A stretch of 64,000 nucleotides of DNA, taken from a virus. The position numbers were made by a program, and so were the translations under genes. The notes below the pieces were generated by a model. The model worked only from the letters and a program-made list of their open reading frames with translations, searched no databases and was not told the origin of the DNA. Below, piece after piece: positions 48,856-58,142 of the stretch. The stretch is taken from positions 1-64,000 of the IMG/VR virus record IMGVR_UViG_3300027763_002006. The stretch is one strand, 5' to 3'. Position 1 is the first letter of the stretch; each line of letters begins with the position of its first letter.

Positions 48856-50943
48856 TTAAAGAGTTGTATAACCCCAATTTACAATTTGACTGGCTCCGCT
48901 ATTGTTAGTAATACCAAATGTAAATACATTGGCAGTCGTAGTACTAACTACAGCATTACTAATAGTGTTCACAGTTCCAACAAACTGCGTAGGTATTGCT
49001 GTAAGCACCAATGCATTACCGGCTGCATAATACCAACCATAACTACTGCCTATTACTGGTACATTGGTATTTGTAACAACCGCTGTAGCAGTATATGTAA
49101 CAATACCATTTGGAATATTTCCTCTAACCCATATTGAGTAAGTACCATTTATCGGTACTGTAAGACTCACTGTGTTAGCGCCAGGTGATAATGTCCAAGA
49201 CCCTGTTGTTTGTGTAGCGACTTTCGAAAGTTGGCTACCATCACCTACAAATTTAACTGTTGATGCCGTTTGCGTAATACTACCAATGTTTGTGCCAGCC
49301 GCATTAAGGAAGTTAATGGCAGTAGTGTTATCATTGGTCGGTTGCAGAGTTATACCATGTTGGGTACCGGCACCCAAATATTTGACCCCCAATTCTGAGT
49401 AATAATTGGTCACTTGTGAATATCCGCCTAATAGACTAACACCGCTCACGGCCAAGGATGACAGTGTGCCTACTGAAGTTAAACTACTGGCAGTTACACC
49501 GCTGGCCAATGTTGTACCAGTTAAATTTGCGGCTGCAACTGGTCCAGTGTCTCCTGTGTCGCCTTTTACACCTTGAATACCTTGTGCGCCTGTATCGCCA
49601 GTATCACCCTTTGCTCCGGCAGGTCCTTGAATGCCTTGCGGCCCTTGAGCACCAGCAGGCCCAGTATCGCCTTTGGCTCCGGGTATGCCTTGTGCGCCAT
49701 CTGCTCCAGGAAGTCCTTGTGCGCCTGTATCACCCTTGGGGCCTTGCTCGCCGGTATCACCTGTGTCGCCTTTGGCTCCTGTATCGCCAGTATCCCCTTT
49801 AGGGCCTTGTGCGCCATCTGCTCCAGGAAGTCCTTGTTCGCCGGTATCTCCCTTATCGCCTTTTGGTCCAGCAGGTCCTTGTTCACCCGTAGTTCCAGTG
49901 CCGACGGGATCTCCGTCAAATTCACCACCAGCTGTTATTAATTCAGAGCTACCATAATCTTCAGAATCGGATCCACTGCTTTCGAAATCAGTGCCACCAT
50001 CAAAATCGATATCACTCCAGTTACTTGCGCCTAAATTTAATAAGTCATCTATATCATTTAGTTGATTAATATCAGATGGAATTACAGGTTTATTTGTTAA
50101 GTCAGTATAACTACCACTAGTTGCTACAGTGGCCAATATTGGTTTATTTAACAAATTATTATAGTCTGTTGTACCTTCTGGACCCGTATCGCCTTTTAAT
50201 CCTCGTTCTCCAGTGTCACCTTTGGCTCCAGGAAGTCCTCTATCACCGGTATCTCCCTTTAATCCTCTTTCGCCAATATCCCCTTTAGGTCCGGCAGGCC
50301 CTTGTTCGCCAGTATCCCCTTTGTCGCCTTTTGGACCACTAAACAATGTTGGTTTGTTCTTGATATAATCTAATGCCGCAGTATTTGCTTGGGTCCAATC
50401 ACTTTGTACTTGTGCGGCTGGTATAATCGGCGGGTTAGTTAAGTCAGCGTAACTACCCGAAAATAGTGTCGGCTTATCAGTTAAATCATTATAACTAGTA
50501 ACAATGTTACTTGTTGCTTGATCTACATATTGTTTTGTAGCGGCACCTAAATTGCTGGTCGGATCAGCATTTAATATCAATGAACCGGTCATTGTGCCGC
50601 CTGCAATAGACAATTTTCCTGCTATACTAGTTACAACTGTGCTGCCGAAATTTGAATCATTGTTTAAAGCAGCGGCCAATTCATTCAATGTGTCTAATGA
50701 ATTAGGAGCACTATTAATTAAATTATTAATACCAAGCGTGACTCTAGCATCTGTTCTTTGGTTGGTAAAAAATAGATTATTAAAGCCTTCTAATATATCG
50801 TCGGTGCTAGCGGGCGCGGCTGTTTCCCCCTGTGGGCCTTGTGGACCTGGGACACCGGATAAACCACGTTCACCCCTTGGACCTTGTAATCCGATATCAC
50901 CCTTTGGGCCTCTTAGATAAGTGCTTTTTGTTATTAATGACAT
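48856..50943 (-). CDS. Collagen-like tail fibre protein
   Basis: Extensive G-X-Y (GPKGDTG) repeats; [11 protein letters not shown] module. Confidence 0.8.
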   Translation of the reverse strand: MSLITKSTYLRGPKGDIGLQGPRGERGLSGVPGPQGPQGETAAPASTDDILEGFNNLFFTNQRTDARVTLGINNLINSAPNSLDTLNELAAALNNDSNFGSTVVTSIAGKLSIAGGTMTGSLILNADPTSNLGAATKQYVDQATSNIVTSYNDLTDKPTLFSGSYADLTNPPIIPAAQVQSDWTQANTAALDYIKNKPTLFSGPKGDKGDTGEQGPAGPKGDIGERGLKGDTGDRGLPGAKGDTGERGLKGDTGPEGTTDYNNLLNKPILATVATSGSYTDLTNKPVIPSDINQLNDIDDLLNLGASNWSDIDFDGGTDFESSGSDSEDYGSSELITAGGEFDGDPVGTGTTGEQGPAGPKGDKGDTGEQGLPGADGAQGPKGDTGDTGAKGDTGDTGEQGPKGDTGAQGLPGADGAQGIPGAKGDTGPAGAQGPQGIQGPAGAKGDTGDTGAQGIQGVKGDTGDTGPVAAANLTGTTLASGVTASSLTSVGTLSSLAVSGVSLLGGYSQVTNYYSELGVKYLGAGTQHGITLQPTNDNTTAINFLNAAGTNIGSITQTASTVKFVGDGSQLSKVATQTTGSWTLSPGANTVSLTVPINGTYSIWVRGNIPNGIVTYTATAVVTNTNVPVIGSSYGWYYAAGNALVLTAIPTQFVGTVNTISNAVVSTTTANVFTFGITNNSGASQIVNWGYTTL

Positions 50944-51074
50944 AAGTATTCCTAGTTCTAGTATTTACCGTTTTTAAACATATAAACCAACCAAAACTAT
51001 GATATAGGTTAAATACTTTTGTGGACAAACTAACCCCAAGTCTAACTAATCAAATCCAAATTGGAGGTATTAGA

Positions 51075-51800
51075 ATGACGAAACAAAGACAAAAACGTGT
51101 TCAACCACAAGAACACGCATCTGTTCTGCACATTGAAAAGTTCCGCAAGGAACGTAGTAGACAAGTAGAAATCCTGCCTAAGAATATTAGACAAGAAGAC
51201 TACCTTGCGCTGTTAGAAGATCAACGAAAAAGTATTGTATTTGCAGTGGGTCCTGCCGGAACGGGTAAGACTCTATTAGCTTGTATGATGGCTATTCGCG
51301 AACTAAAAGCTGGCAGAATTGAAAAGATTATTATTACAAGACCAGCAGTCAGCGTTGACGAACAACACGGCTTTTTGCCTGGCACATTAATCGAAAAGAT
51401 GGCTCCGTGGACTCGACCTATATTCGACGTATTCGAAGAATATTGGGCTCCGAAATACATAGAGAATATGATCGAGGAGAATGTAATCGAGGTAGCTCCT
51501 TTAGCCTACATGAGGGGAAGAACATTTAAAAAATCAATCATTCTAGCAGACGAAATGCAGAACGCTACACCAAGTCAAATGAAAATGCTTTTGACACGTA
51601 TTGGCAATGAAAGTAGAATCTTTGCAACGGGCGACTTGGCCCAGCACGATCGCGGTTTTGAAGAAAACGGATTAAGAGATTTTACTGCTCGCCTAAAGAA
51701 ATCATCGAGTAAGATGATTGGTGTAGTAGAATTCGAGCGATGTGACGTAGAACGTCACGCCGCAGTAGCTGAGGTATTAAAGATTTACGGTGAAGAGTAA
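51075..51800 (+). CDS. phoH: PhoH-family ATPase
   Basis: GPAGTGKT, ITRPAV, GFLPG, YMRGRT, DEMQN, TGD..QHD; GGAGG RBS. Confidence 0.95.
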   Translation: MTKQRQKRVQPQEHASVLHIEKFRKERSRQVEILPKNIRQEDYLALLEDQRKSIVFAVGPAGTGKTLLACMMAIRELKAGRIEKIIITRPAVSVDEQHGFLPGTLIEKMAPWTRPIFDVFEEYWAPKYIENMIEENVIEVAPLAYMRGRTFKKSIILADEMQNATPSQMKMLLTRIGNESRIFATGDLAQHDRGFEENGLRDFTARLKKSSSKMIGVVEFERCDVERHAAVAEVLKIYGEE

Positions 51801-51839
51801 ATTGTAAGTAATAGTTAACTTGGGGTAGTCCACTTTACT

Positions 51840-52781
51840 TTATAATCCGCGGCGCATTCGGTCTAGTTTGACAATAGTAGCACTTAAATTGATTTCAGGG
51901 TCAGCACACAAACTATGATTCACCATGCCTTCTTTAATGATGATAATGGCAGCGTCTTGTGTGTCTTCATCATCACCCCAGAACGCTAAATTACGATACA
52001 AGAACTTGTAAACTTCTTCGTATTCTTCCAACGTAATCTTTTTACAGATCATTTCACGTGCTTGTCTAACTTTTCCGTTTTGGAACAGCGCAATGGCTTC
52101 CAACTTCCATTCACTGCTATCTGTGCCCTGTCCAGCCACTGGCATTTCCAATTTACCACTTCTGCTGTATTGTTGTGCTGTGTTAATTGCTTTACGCAGA
52201 TCCGGATATGTTGCTTTGACAAAACTTGTCAATGTATCAACATCAAAGTCACAGCCTTCATCAGCAAGAATCTGTCCCAGTCGTACTGTAAAGTCTGTTT
52301 CATCCAAGTTGTTAAAACTAAACCCTTGACAACGACTGTGCAACGCTGGCATGATCTTGTGTGGCAAATTGCAAGTTAGAATGAAACGTGCCACATTACT
52401 GTACTGCTCTAACATACCACGCAACACACCCTGAGCACTAGGACTTAGATAGTCTGCTTCGTCAAGAATAATAACACGGAAGTCGCCAAAGCTCATACTA
52501 CGACAAAAGTTACCAACTTTATCACGCAGGTTATCAACACCAGTTTCGTGACTGGCATTAATAAACATAATATCTGCTTTTTGTACTTCTAGTTCATTGC
52601 ATAGAACTTTGGCCAGTGTAGTTTTACCTGTGCCTGGAGGTCCGCTTAATAGCAAATGCGGAATGCTTTTGTCTTTAACCCAGCCTTCGACCATGAGTTT
52701 TTGGCTGGGATTAATCCAAACATAGTCTTTAATGGAGGCAGGTCTATATTTCTCAACCCAGAGATAGTTTTGTGTAGTCAT
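51840..52781 (-). CDS. Clamp loader AAA+ subunit (T4 gp44/RFC-like)
   Basis: WVEKYRP, GPPGTGKT, LDEAD, SRC. Confidence 0.93.
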   Translation of the reverse strand: MTTQNYLWVEKYRPASIKDYVWINPSQKLMVEGWVKDKSIPHLLLSGPPGTGKTTLAKVLCNELEVQKADIMFINASHETGVDNLRDKVGNFCRSMSFGDFRVIILDEADYLSPSAQGVLRGMLEQYSNVARFILTCNLPHKIMPALHSRCQGFSFNNLDETDFTVRLGQILADEGCDFDVDTLTSFVKATYPDLRKAINTAQQYSRSGKLEMPVAGQGTDSSEWKLEAIALFQNGKVRQAREMICKKITLEEYEEVYKFLYRNLAFWGDDEDTQDAAIIIIKEGMVNHSLCADPEINLSATIVKLDRMRRGL

Positions 52782-52787
52782 AGTATT

Positions 52788-52816
52788 ATTATATACTAAG
52801 CCCTGACGAATGTCAA
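52788..52816 (-). promoter_or_regulatory. Sigma70 promoter for clamp loader (leaderless)
   Basis: TTGACA-17-TATAAT, 6 nt before ATG. Confidence 0.8.
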
Positions 52817-52819
52817 GAC

Positions 52820-53191
52820 TTATCTTGCGCCAAAGTCTTCGGCTCGGTGAGCAGGACTGCTCGTATCAAATCCTTCACCAAACATCATGTCATCAGGCTT
52901 ATGATCTGATACCATAAGGATGCCGTTTGGATCAATCTTTTGGAATTTAAACTTTTCACCATGCTCATCTTTAATTTCAATGGTCATAGTCCAACGTCCG
53001 TGTTCGCAGAGAATCCAGTCATCGACTTTGACGTCTGTGATGTCTTCTGCTACTTGCCATACTCGGCCCCAGCGAGGGCGAATACCTTCCATTTTACCGT
53101 TATCGTCTTTGAGTACGATACCGCCTTTAGTCACACGTTCGCCCTGTTCTAGTACGGCAAAAATATTACCTGGTAATGGTCTAACCTTCAT
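52820..53191 (-). CDS. groES: GroES-like co-chaperonin
   Basis: MKVRPL...ERVTKGGIVL...DVKVDDWIL. Confidence 0.8.
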   Translation of the reverse strand: MKVRPLPGNIFAVLEQGERVTKGGIVLKDDNGKMEGIRPRWGRVWQVAEDITDVKVDDWILCEHGRWTMTIEIKDEHGEKFKFQKIDPNGILMVSDHKPDDMMFGEGFDTSSPAHRAEDFGAR

Positions 53192-53571
53192 TATAGTTCC
53201 TTGCTAATATTGTTAAAATCAAAATCTAATGGCTTAGAAGGCGCAACAGCATCTTCTTTAGTTTGAATCTCTACACTGCCGTCTGCATATGTTATTTCAA
53301 CACGGCCAACACCATCAGCGCCTACGATATCCTTGCGGCTGATTTCCTGCTCCATGGGATTAATCTTCACTGTTTTACTGGCCGGTCTTTTGTTATTATT
53401 ATAAACAGCGTTTGTTATTTCTTTCGAATTGGCAACAATTTTGCCTCCTCGGCCTAGTAAATCTCCCTGAGCATTTCTATTAGAGTTCCCAACAGCAGTT
53501 GTCTGTCCTTTATCTGAGACAAAACCTTGCATATTAAATTCTCTACCTCTGGCTGTTCTATGATTACTCAT
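53191..53571 (-). CDS. Hypothetical protein
   Basis: HRTARG, AVGN...NAQGD.LG.GG. Confidence 0.65.
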   Translation of the reverse strand: MSNHRTARGREFNMQGFVSDKGQTTAVGNSNRNAQGDLLGRGGKIVANSKEITNAVYNNNKRPASKTVKINPMEQEISRKDIVGADGVGRVEITYADGSVEIQTKEDAVAPSKPLDFDFNNISKEL

Positions 53572-54047
53572 TTTAAAAATTCCTTGATATCTAAATTATA
53601 TTTAATGCTATCTATACGATGCACTTTAAGTAAATATAATACATAACTTGCAATACTACTACCTCGGCCGACACCATAGACAATATTGTTTTTTCTTACT
53701 GTGTCGATAAAATAAACTAAAAATCTTAATAGATCAGTTAAGTTTCTTTTTTCAAATTCATCTAATTCTAAATTAACTCTTGCCAACTGCATATTACTCA
53801 ACGTATAGTTAGATTCTATATGTTGTCTAATATCGAGTCTGCGATACTCTTCGGGCATATTCCAAGTTATATCTTCTGTGGAACTGTCTAACTCGAATGG
53901 ATTTTTAATTCCATACGATTTACAAGTTGATTCAAATATTTTAAAACTTTGAACATTTCGAGGAAGAATTTTTGCTTGTCTATTCAACAGCATTAATTCA
54001 ATGATGTCATCTTCTTCAACGTACATATTACCTTTATTGTCTAACAT
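53568..54047 (-). CDS. Stand-alone DNA polymerase III alpha (DnaE) subdomain
   Basis: RVNLEL...YGVGRGSSIASYVLYLL.VH.IDSIKYNL. Confidence 0.75.
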   Translation of the reverse strand: MLDNKGNMYVEEDDIIELMLLNRQAKILPRNVQSFKIFESTCKSYGIKNPFELDSSTEDITWNMPEEYRRLDIRQHIESNYTLSNMQLARVNLELDEFEKRNLTDLLRFLVYFIDTVRKNNIVYGVGRGSSIASYVLYLLKVHRIDSIKYNLDIKEFLK

Positions 54048-54274
54048 TATCCGATGCTGATAAAACTACCAAAATCATTGTCTTTGCCTGTGCCAGCAGC
54101 CTGCTTGGCTCTAATGTCTTGTTGTGCAAATTGCACTTCGTCTAACATATATGTCAGCTGACTGATGATACCTTCACTGGCACCTGCACGGCGTGCAACG
54201 TTCATCTTTTTAAGAATCTCACGTTCACGTTCAATCAAATCATTTAATTGTTTGTTTAAATCAGGTTCAGTCAT
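54047..54274 (-). CDS. Hypothetical coiled-coil protein
   Basis: 75 aa, coupled ORF. Confidence 0.6.
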   Translation of the reverse strand: MTEPDLNKQLNDLIEREREILKKMNVARRAGASEGIISQLTYMLDEVQFAQQDIRAKQAAGTGKDNDFGSFISIG

Positions 54275-54596
54275 TTTTAAAGTTCACGCTTTCGCCGCAA
54301 CCACATGCATAAGCAACGTTGGGATTGTTCAAAACTAATCTAGAATTAAATCCAGTTTTTTCAATCTCTACTACGCTGTCTATGATATGCGGCACAATAG
54401 ACTTATTGTACACTATACTATGAGTGTCGTCAAGCTCTATTACTTCACCGTAGGCATCAGAAATAGGTGTCCAGGTATACATGTATCCGTTACAACCCTG
54501 AGCCTCTAAACCAAGCCGAACTGCGGGCATGTTGGACCGATCCAACATGTCAATAATATGCTTCTTGGCTTCGTCGGTGACAGTAAGAACTATCAT
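54267..54596 (-). CDS. A-type Fe-S carrier (IscA/SufA/HesB)
   Basis: VTDEA, GCNG..Y, NPN...CGCGES. Confidence 0.9.
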   Translation of the reverse strand: MIVLTVTDEAKKHIIDMLDRSNMPAVRLGLEAQGCNGYMYTWTPISDAYGEVIELDDTHSIVYNKSIVPHIIDSVVEIEKTGFNSRLVLNNPNVAYACGCGESVNFKND

Positions 54597-54922
54597 ACTT
54601 TTGCTAGTACTGTTACTAATTCTTCTTTAGTGCTACGTGCTTTAACTTCGACACCATGCTTAGTAATAAGTTCCATTAGTTCAGCTTTGGTCATTTTAGT
54701 CAAGTCGGCTTTTTTATATTTTGCTTTAACTGTAACTGGAGCAGTTTCAATTGCCATTTGTACTACTTCGGCTGGAGCAACTGCTTCTGGAGCAACATAC
54801 ACGGCTTCAGTGCCAATAGCAACATTTGTCATTGCAGGTTGTGCTTCGACCTTATAAGGAGCGGCTTCTGCCACTGCTGTATCACTCTTGCCAGTGATCC
54901 AGGCTAGAATTTTCTTGATCAT
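54593..54922 (-). CDS. Hypothetical protein with Rho-N/HeH-like C-terminus
   Basis: LTKMTKAELMEL...G...TKEELV. Confidence 0.6.
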   Translation of the reverse strand: MIKKILAWITGKSDTAVAEAAPYKVEAQPAMTNVAIGTEAVYVAPEAVAPAEVVQMAIETAPVTVKAKYKKADLTKMTKAELMELITKHGVEVKARSTKEELVTVLAKV

Positions 54923-55241
54923 AATCGTACATTCCCATTTCTAATCTTGCCTCTTCGGATACTCTGTCAGGAGTCCACGGAGGATCAAACACTACTTCTA
55001 CTGAAATAGTTCTCGTAGTATTTAACTCTTCGAGAGCATTTTCTACTACAACCTGCACCTGTGCTGGAATTTCTTCTGCACTGGGACAAAATGCTGATGT
55101 CAGTGTCATTAAAATTTCAACACTGACATCATCAACATCAATTTTATAAATCAATCCCAAATCATAGATATTCACTGGGATTTCTGGATCATATACTGTT
55201 TTTAAACCAGCGATAATACCTTGTTCAATTTGTTCGTTCAT
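54882..55241 (-). CDS. sufT: SufT/DUF59 Fe-S assembly protein
   Basis: VYDPEIPVNIYDLGLIY, MTLTSAFCP, FDPPW. Confidence 0.9.
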   Translation of the reverse strand: MNEQIEQGIIAGLKTVYDPEIPVNIYDLGLIYKIDVDDVSVEILMTLTSAFCPSAEEIPAQVQVVVENALEELNTTRTISVEVVFDPPWTPDRVSEEARLEMGMYDYDQENSSLDHWQE

Positions 55242-55615
55242 AATGTTTTAATCTTTGCTATTAAGTTAGCAACACCATTTTGTCGTCCCATACTCAGTAG
55301 TGGCGCAAGTCCGATGTCTGTAAGAGTATTTAAACTAAAATCCAGTTGTTGTCGTTCACTGGCTTGATTATACCAATCACAGATCATACAAGCCATGCCA
55401 TTAACAATACTACTCTTACCCCATGCGGCAATACGTCCCGATTCTTCCCTGGCTAACCATAACGGACTAGTACAGCCTTTTACCAATGTTTGGTCTGTGT
55501 GATATTTGTGTGCTAGACCCACAGTGCCTGCGCCGTAGTCGATGATCCATTCGTACTTGTCCATGGCATCATCTAATTCAAATAAATCTTTAAACATGTT
55601 TTGAAAGTCTTGCAT
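55238..55615 (-). CDS. sufE: SufE sulfur acceptor
   Basis: KYEWIIDYG, VKGCTS, LLSMGRQNG. Confidence 0.85.
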   Translation of the reverse strand: MQDFQNMFKDLFELDDAMDKYEWIIDYGAGTVGLAHKYHTDQTLVKGCTSPLWLAREESGRIAAWGKSSIVNGMACMICDWYNQASERQQLDFSLNTLTDIGLAPLLSMGRQNGVANLIAKIKTL

Positions 55616-56774
55616 GTATCTCCCCTAGGCTGTCAAATGCTTGTTCTATTTCTTGTCTGGTAGTATAACAAGCCCAACTAAGTCTTAACAGGCCATTGTT
55701 ACTAATTTGTGCTATCAGTGGTTCTGCACACAATTTTCCACTGCGAATCATAATGTTCTTGGCATCCAGCATCATTGTATAATCTTCTACTTCGCCAACA
55801 ACCGGATCTAAGCAGATTAGTCCGGAGTCTGTTCGACTAGCCGGAGTAAATTGTGCCAAGGATATGTGGTCGTTGGTAATTCTAGCAAGTCCGATATCAT
55901 GAGATTCTATTTCATCGTGATGTTCGATTAACCAATTAACGAGTTTAGGCAGTGTGCAAATAGCCGCAAGATTCTGTGTACCACTTTCAAACTTGCCGGC
56001 ATTGGTTTGCCAAGTCACTGAATCCACGCTTACACTGGTAACTGTGCCGCCGCCCGGACGTACTGGATTGAAATTTAGCCACACTGGATCTATCAGCAAA
56101 CATCCCAGGCCCATAGGTCCGTAAACTTTGTGCCAACTCCAAGCAACAAAGTCGAATCCACTGATGTCTATTCTACGCTTACTAACGATTTGACTAGCGT
56201 CAATTACACTCACTGCCGCAACATCCAGGGCAATCTTTTTAATTCCATCTAAATCGTTGACCAGTCCAAGGACATTGCTAACAGCATTTACAGCAATGAC
56301 TTTTGCCACGGCCATTGGTTCTGCTTTAATTTTTGTTTTTAAATCATTTAAATCTAAACGGCCATCTTTGTCTAACTCAATGAAAACAACTCGCCATTTA
56401 GCATTACCAGACTGTGTCCAGGGCAAGATTAAACTGTGATGACTATCAATGCCAACAAATACTACACCGGATGACATTGCACTCATAATCATTGACGCGG
56501 CATCATTCAATCCCTGTGTCGTGCCACTGTTAAACACAATACGCTGTTCGGGTTTGTTAATGTTTAACCATTTACCTATGAGTTCTTTGCTAGATTGATA
56601 TTGTTGGTCAACATAAGTGCCCATGCTATTGCCGCTTCGATGTGCATTGCTTTTATTACTCAACATAAAGTCTTGCATATCTTCGACAACGGTGTACAAT
56701 GTTTGACTTGTGGCTGCACTGTCAAGATAAATTATATCTTGTCTACGTTTGAAGAAAGGAAAATATTCACGCAT
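55590..56774 (-). CDS. sufS: Cysteine desulfurase SufS
   Basis: YLDSAATSQ, DASQ, SWHKVYGP, FESGT, RSGKLCA. Confidence 0.9.
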   Translation of the reverse strand: MREYFPFFKRRQDIIYLDSAATSQTLYTVVEDMQDFMLSNKSNAHRSGNSMGTYVDQQYQSSKELIGKWLNINKPEQRIVFNSGTTQGLNDAASMIMSAMSSGVVFVGIDSHHSLILPWTQSGNAKWRVVFIELDKDGRLDLNDLKTKIKAEPMAVAKVIAVNAVSNVLGLVNDLDGIKKIALDVAAVSVIDASQIVSKRRIDISGFDFVAWSWHKVYGPMGLGCLLIDPVWLNFNPVRPGGGTVTSVSVDSVTWQTNAGKFESGTQNLAAICTLPKLVNWLIEHHDEIESHDIGLARITNDHISLAQFTPASRTDSGLICLDPVVGEVEDYTMMLDAKNIMIRSGKLCAEPLIAQISNNGLLRLSWACYTTRQEIEQAFDSLGEIHARLSKHV

Positions 56775-57198
56775 TTAATAAACTTTGTTTAACTAATTCT
56801 TTGTAATCAGTGATACCTCTACTGGCAAGATAATAATTATCCTCGGGTTTTAATGTTCCTAGAGCATTTCCATGATTAGCAATAATATTACTATTAGCAA
56901 TAAACATTTCAGGACGAGCTTTAATTTTACTCTTATCAAAAGGCCAACTGCGAATTTGAATATCTGTTTCAACTCCGCTGACATCTTTAGGTACATCTAA
57001 TGTACAAACACAATCTACTTCACTGACGCCTTCTGCGTAGATATAAATCTTAACTTTAAATTTTGTATCGGGAAAAGGTTTTAGTTTGATGTTAGCAATA
57101 CATTTACCTTCAGTCTGAATGAATACAAATTCATACTCGGGTCGTGTAGGAACTAATACTAAATCCAAATTGTCGGCATCTAAATATACTTTACGCAT
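56767..57198 (-). CDS. sufD: Minimal SufD-like protein
   Basis: ARPEMFI....ANHG...YYLASRGI matches the SufBD C-terminus; lies between sufC and sufS. Confidence 0.7.
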   Translation of the reverse strand: MRKVYLDADNLDLVLVPTRPEYEFVFIQTEGKCIANIKLKPFPDTKFKVKIYIYAEGVSEVDCVCTLDVPKDVSGVETDIQIRSWPFDKSKIKARPEMFIANSNIIANHGNALGTLKPEDNYYLASRGITDYKELVKQSLLNA

Positions 57199-57844
57199 TA
57201 CTTAAATCCAATTTGTTAGCACCATATAATTCTTGTAGTTCTTTATCATGTGTGACTAACAATACACATCCACGTCGATTTTTAGTTTCTTGAATTAAAT
57301 CAATTATTTTTTGACGGCTGCTTTGTTCTAATCCGCTGTCGGGTTCGTCCAATAGTAAGACTTGTGTTTTGCCTTGTAGATATACGGCCTGTGTGAGTTC
57401 ATTCTTTTTACGCTCGCCACCGCTGGCACCATTATTGAACTGTCTTTTCTCCCAACCTTCGGGCAAGCCAATCCATTTAAATAATGACTTAGTAAGTTTG
57501 ATTAATTCACCGGTACTACCTGCAACGTTTTGCACTTTTTGTATTTCTTTAAACAATGTCATAGTATTAATGCCATCAATGGCAGGAGGACTTTGATGCG
57601 CCATGAATACTCCTGCTTGACTACGATCATGACAAAGCATGTCAATTATTTCTCCACTGAGAATTTTAATACTGCCTGTGGCATTAATATCTGGTCTACC
57701 CATAATAGTATGTAGCAAGGTCGATTTACCACTGCCGTTTGGTCCTGTGATCAACAAACATTCCCCTGGCTCTACTGTAAAACTAATATTGTTTAAAATT
57801 TGTTTATCGCTGATACTTGCTGATAGATTGCTTACTTTAATCAT
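57191..57844 (-). CDS. sufC: SufC ABC ATPase
   Basis: GPNGSGKST, SGGERKKNE, LDEPDSGL, VTH. Confidence 0.9.
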   Translation of the reverse strand: MIKVSNLSASISDKQILNNISFTVEPGECLLITGPNGSGKSTLLHTIMGRPDINATGSIKILSGEIIDMLCHDRSQAGVFMAHQSPPAIDGINTMTLFKEIQKVQNVAGSTGELIKLTKSLFKWIGLPEGWEKRQFNNGASGGERKKNELTQAVYLQGKTQVLLLDEPDSGLEQSSRQKIIDLIQETKNRRGCVLLVTHDKELQELYGANKLDLSNA

Positions 57845-58142
57845 TTAATAAAACTTCCAGTTCGCCAGCTTGGTACATTTCCATCATAATATCACTACCG
57901 CCAATGAATTCGCCCTTGATATATAATTGTGGAACAGTGGGCCAATTGCTGAATTGTTTGATGTTTGATCTCAAAGCATTGTCGGCTAAAACATTGCGAC
58001 TTTCAAATTGTTCAACATTACAAGCTCGTAAAATTTTTGTGGCCTGCTGACTGAATCCGCATTCTGGAAATTGTGGCGTACCTTTCATAAACAGTACTAC
58101 CTTGTTTGTTTCTACCAATTGTTTAATCTCTTCTAAGTTCAT
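57837..58142 (-). CDS. grxD: Monothiol glutaredoxin Grx4
   Basis: [28 protein letters not shown]. Confidence 0.95.
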   Translation of the reverse strand: MNLEEIKQLVETNKVVLFMKGTPQFPECGFSQQATKILRACNVEQFESRNVLADNALRSNIKQFSNWPTVPQLYIKGEFIGGSDIMMEMYQAGELEVLLND

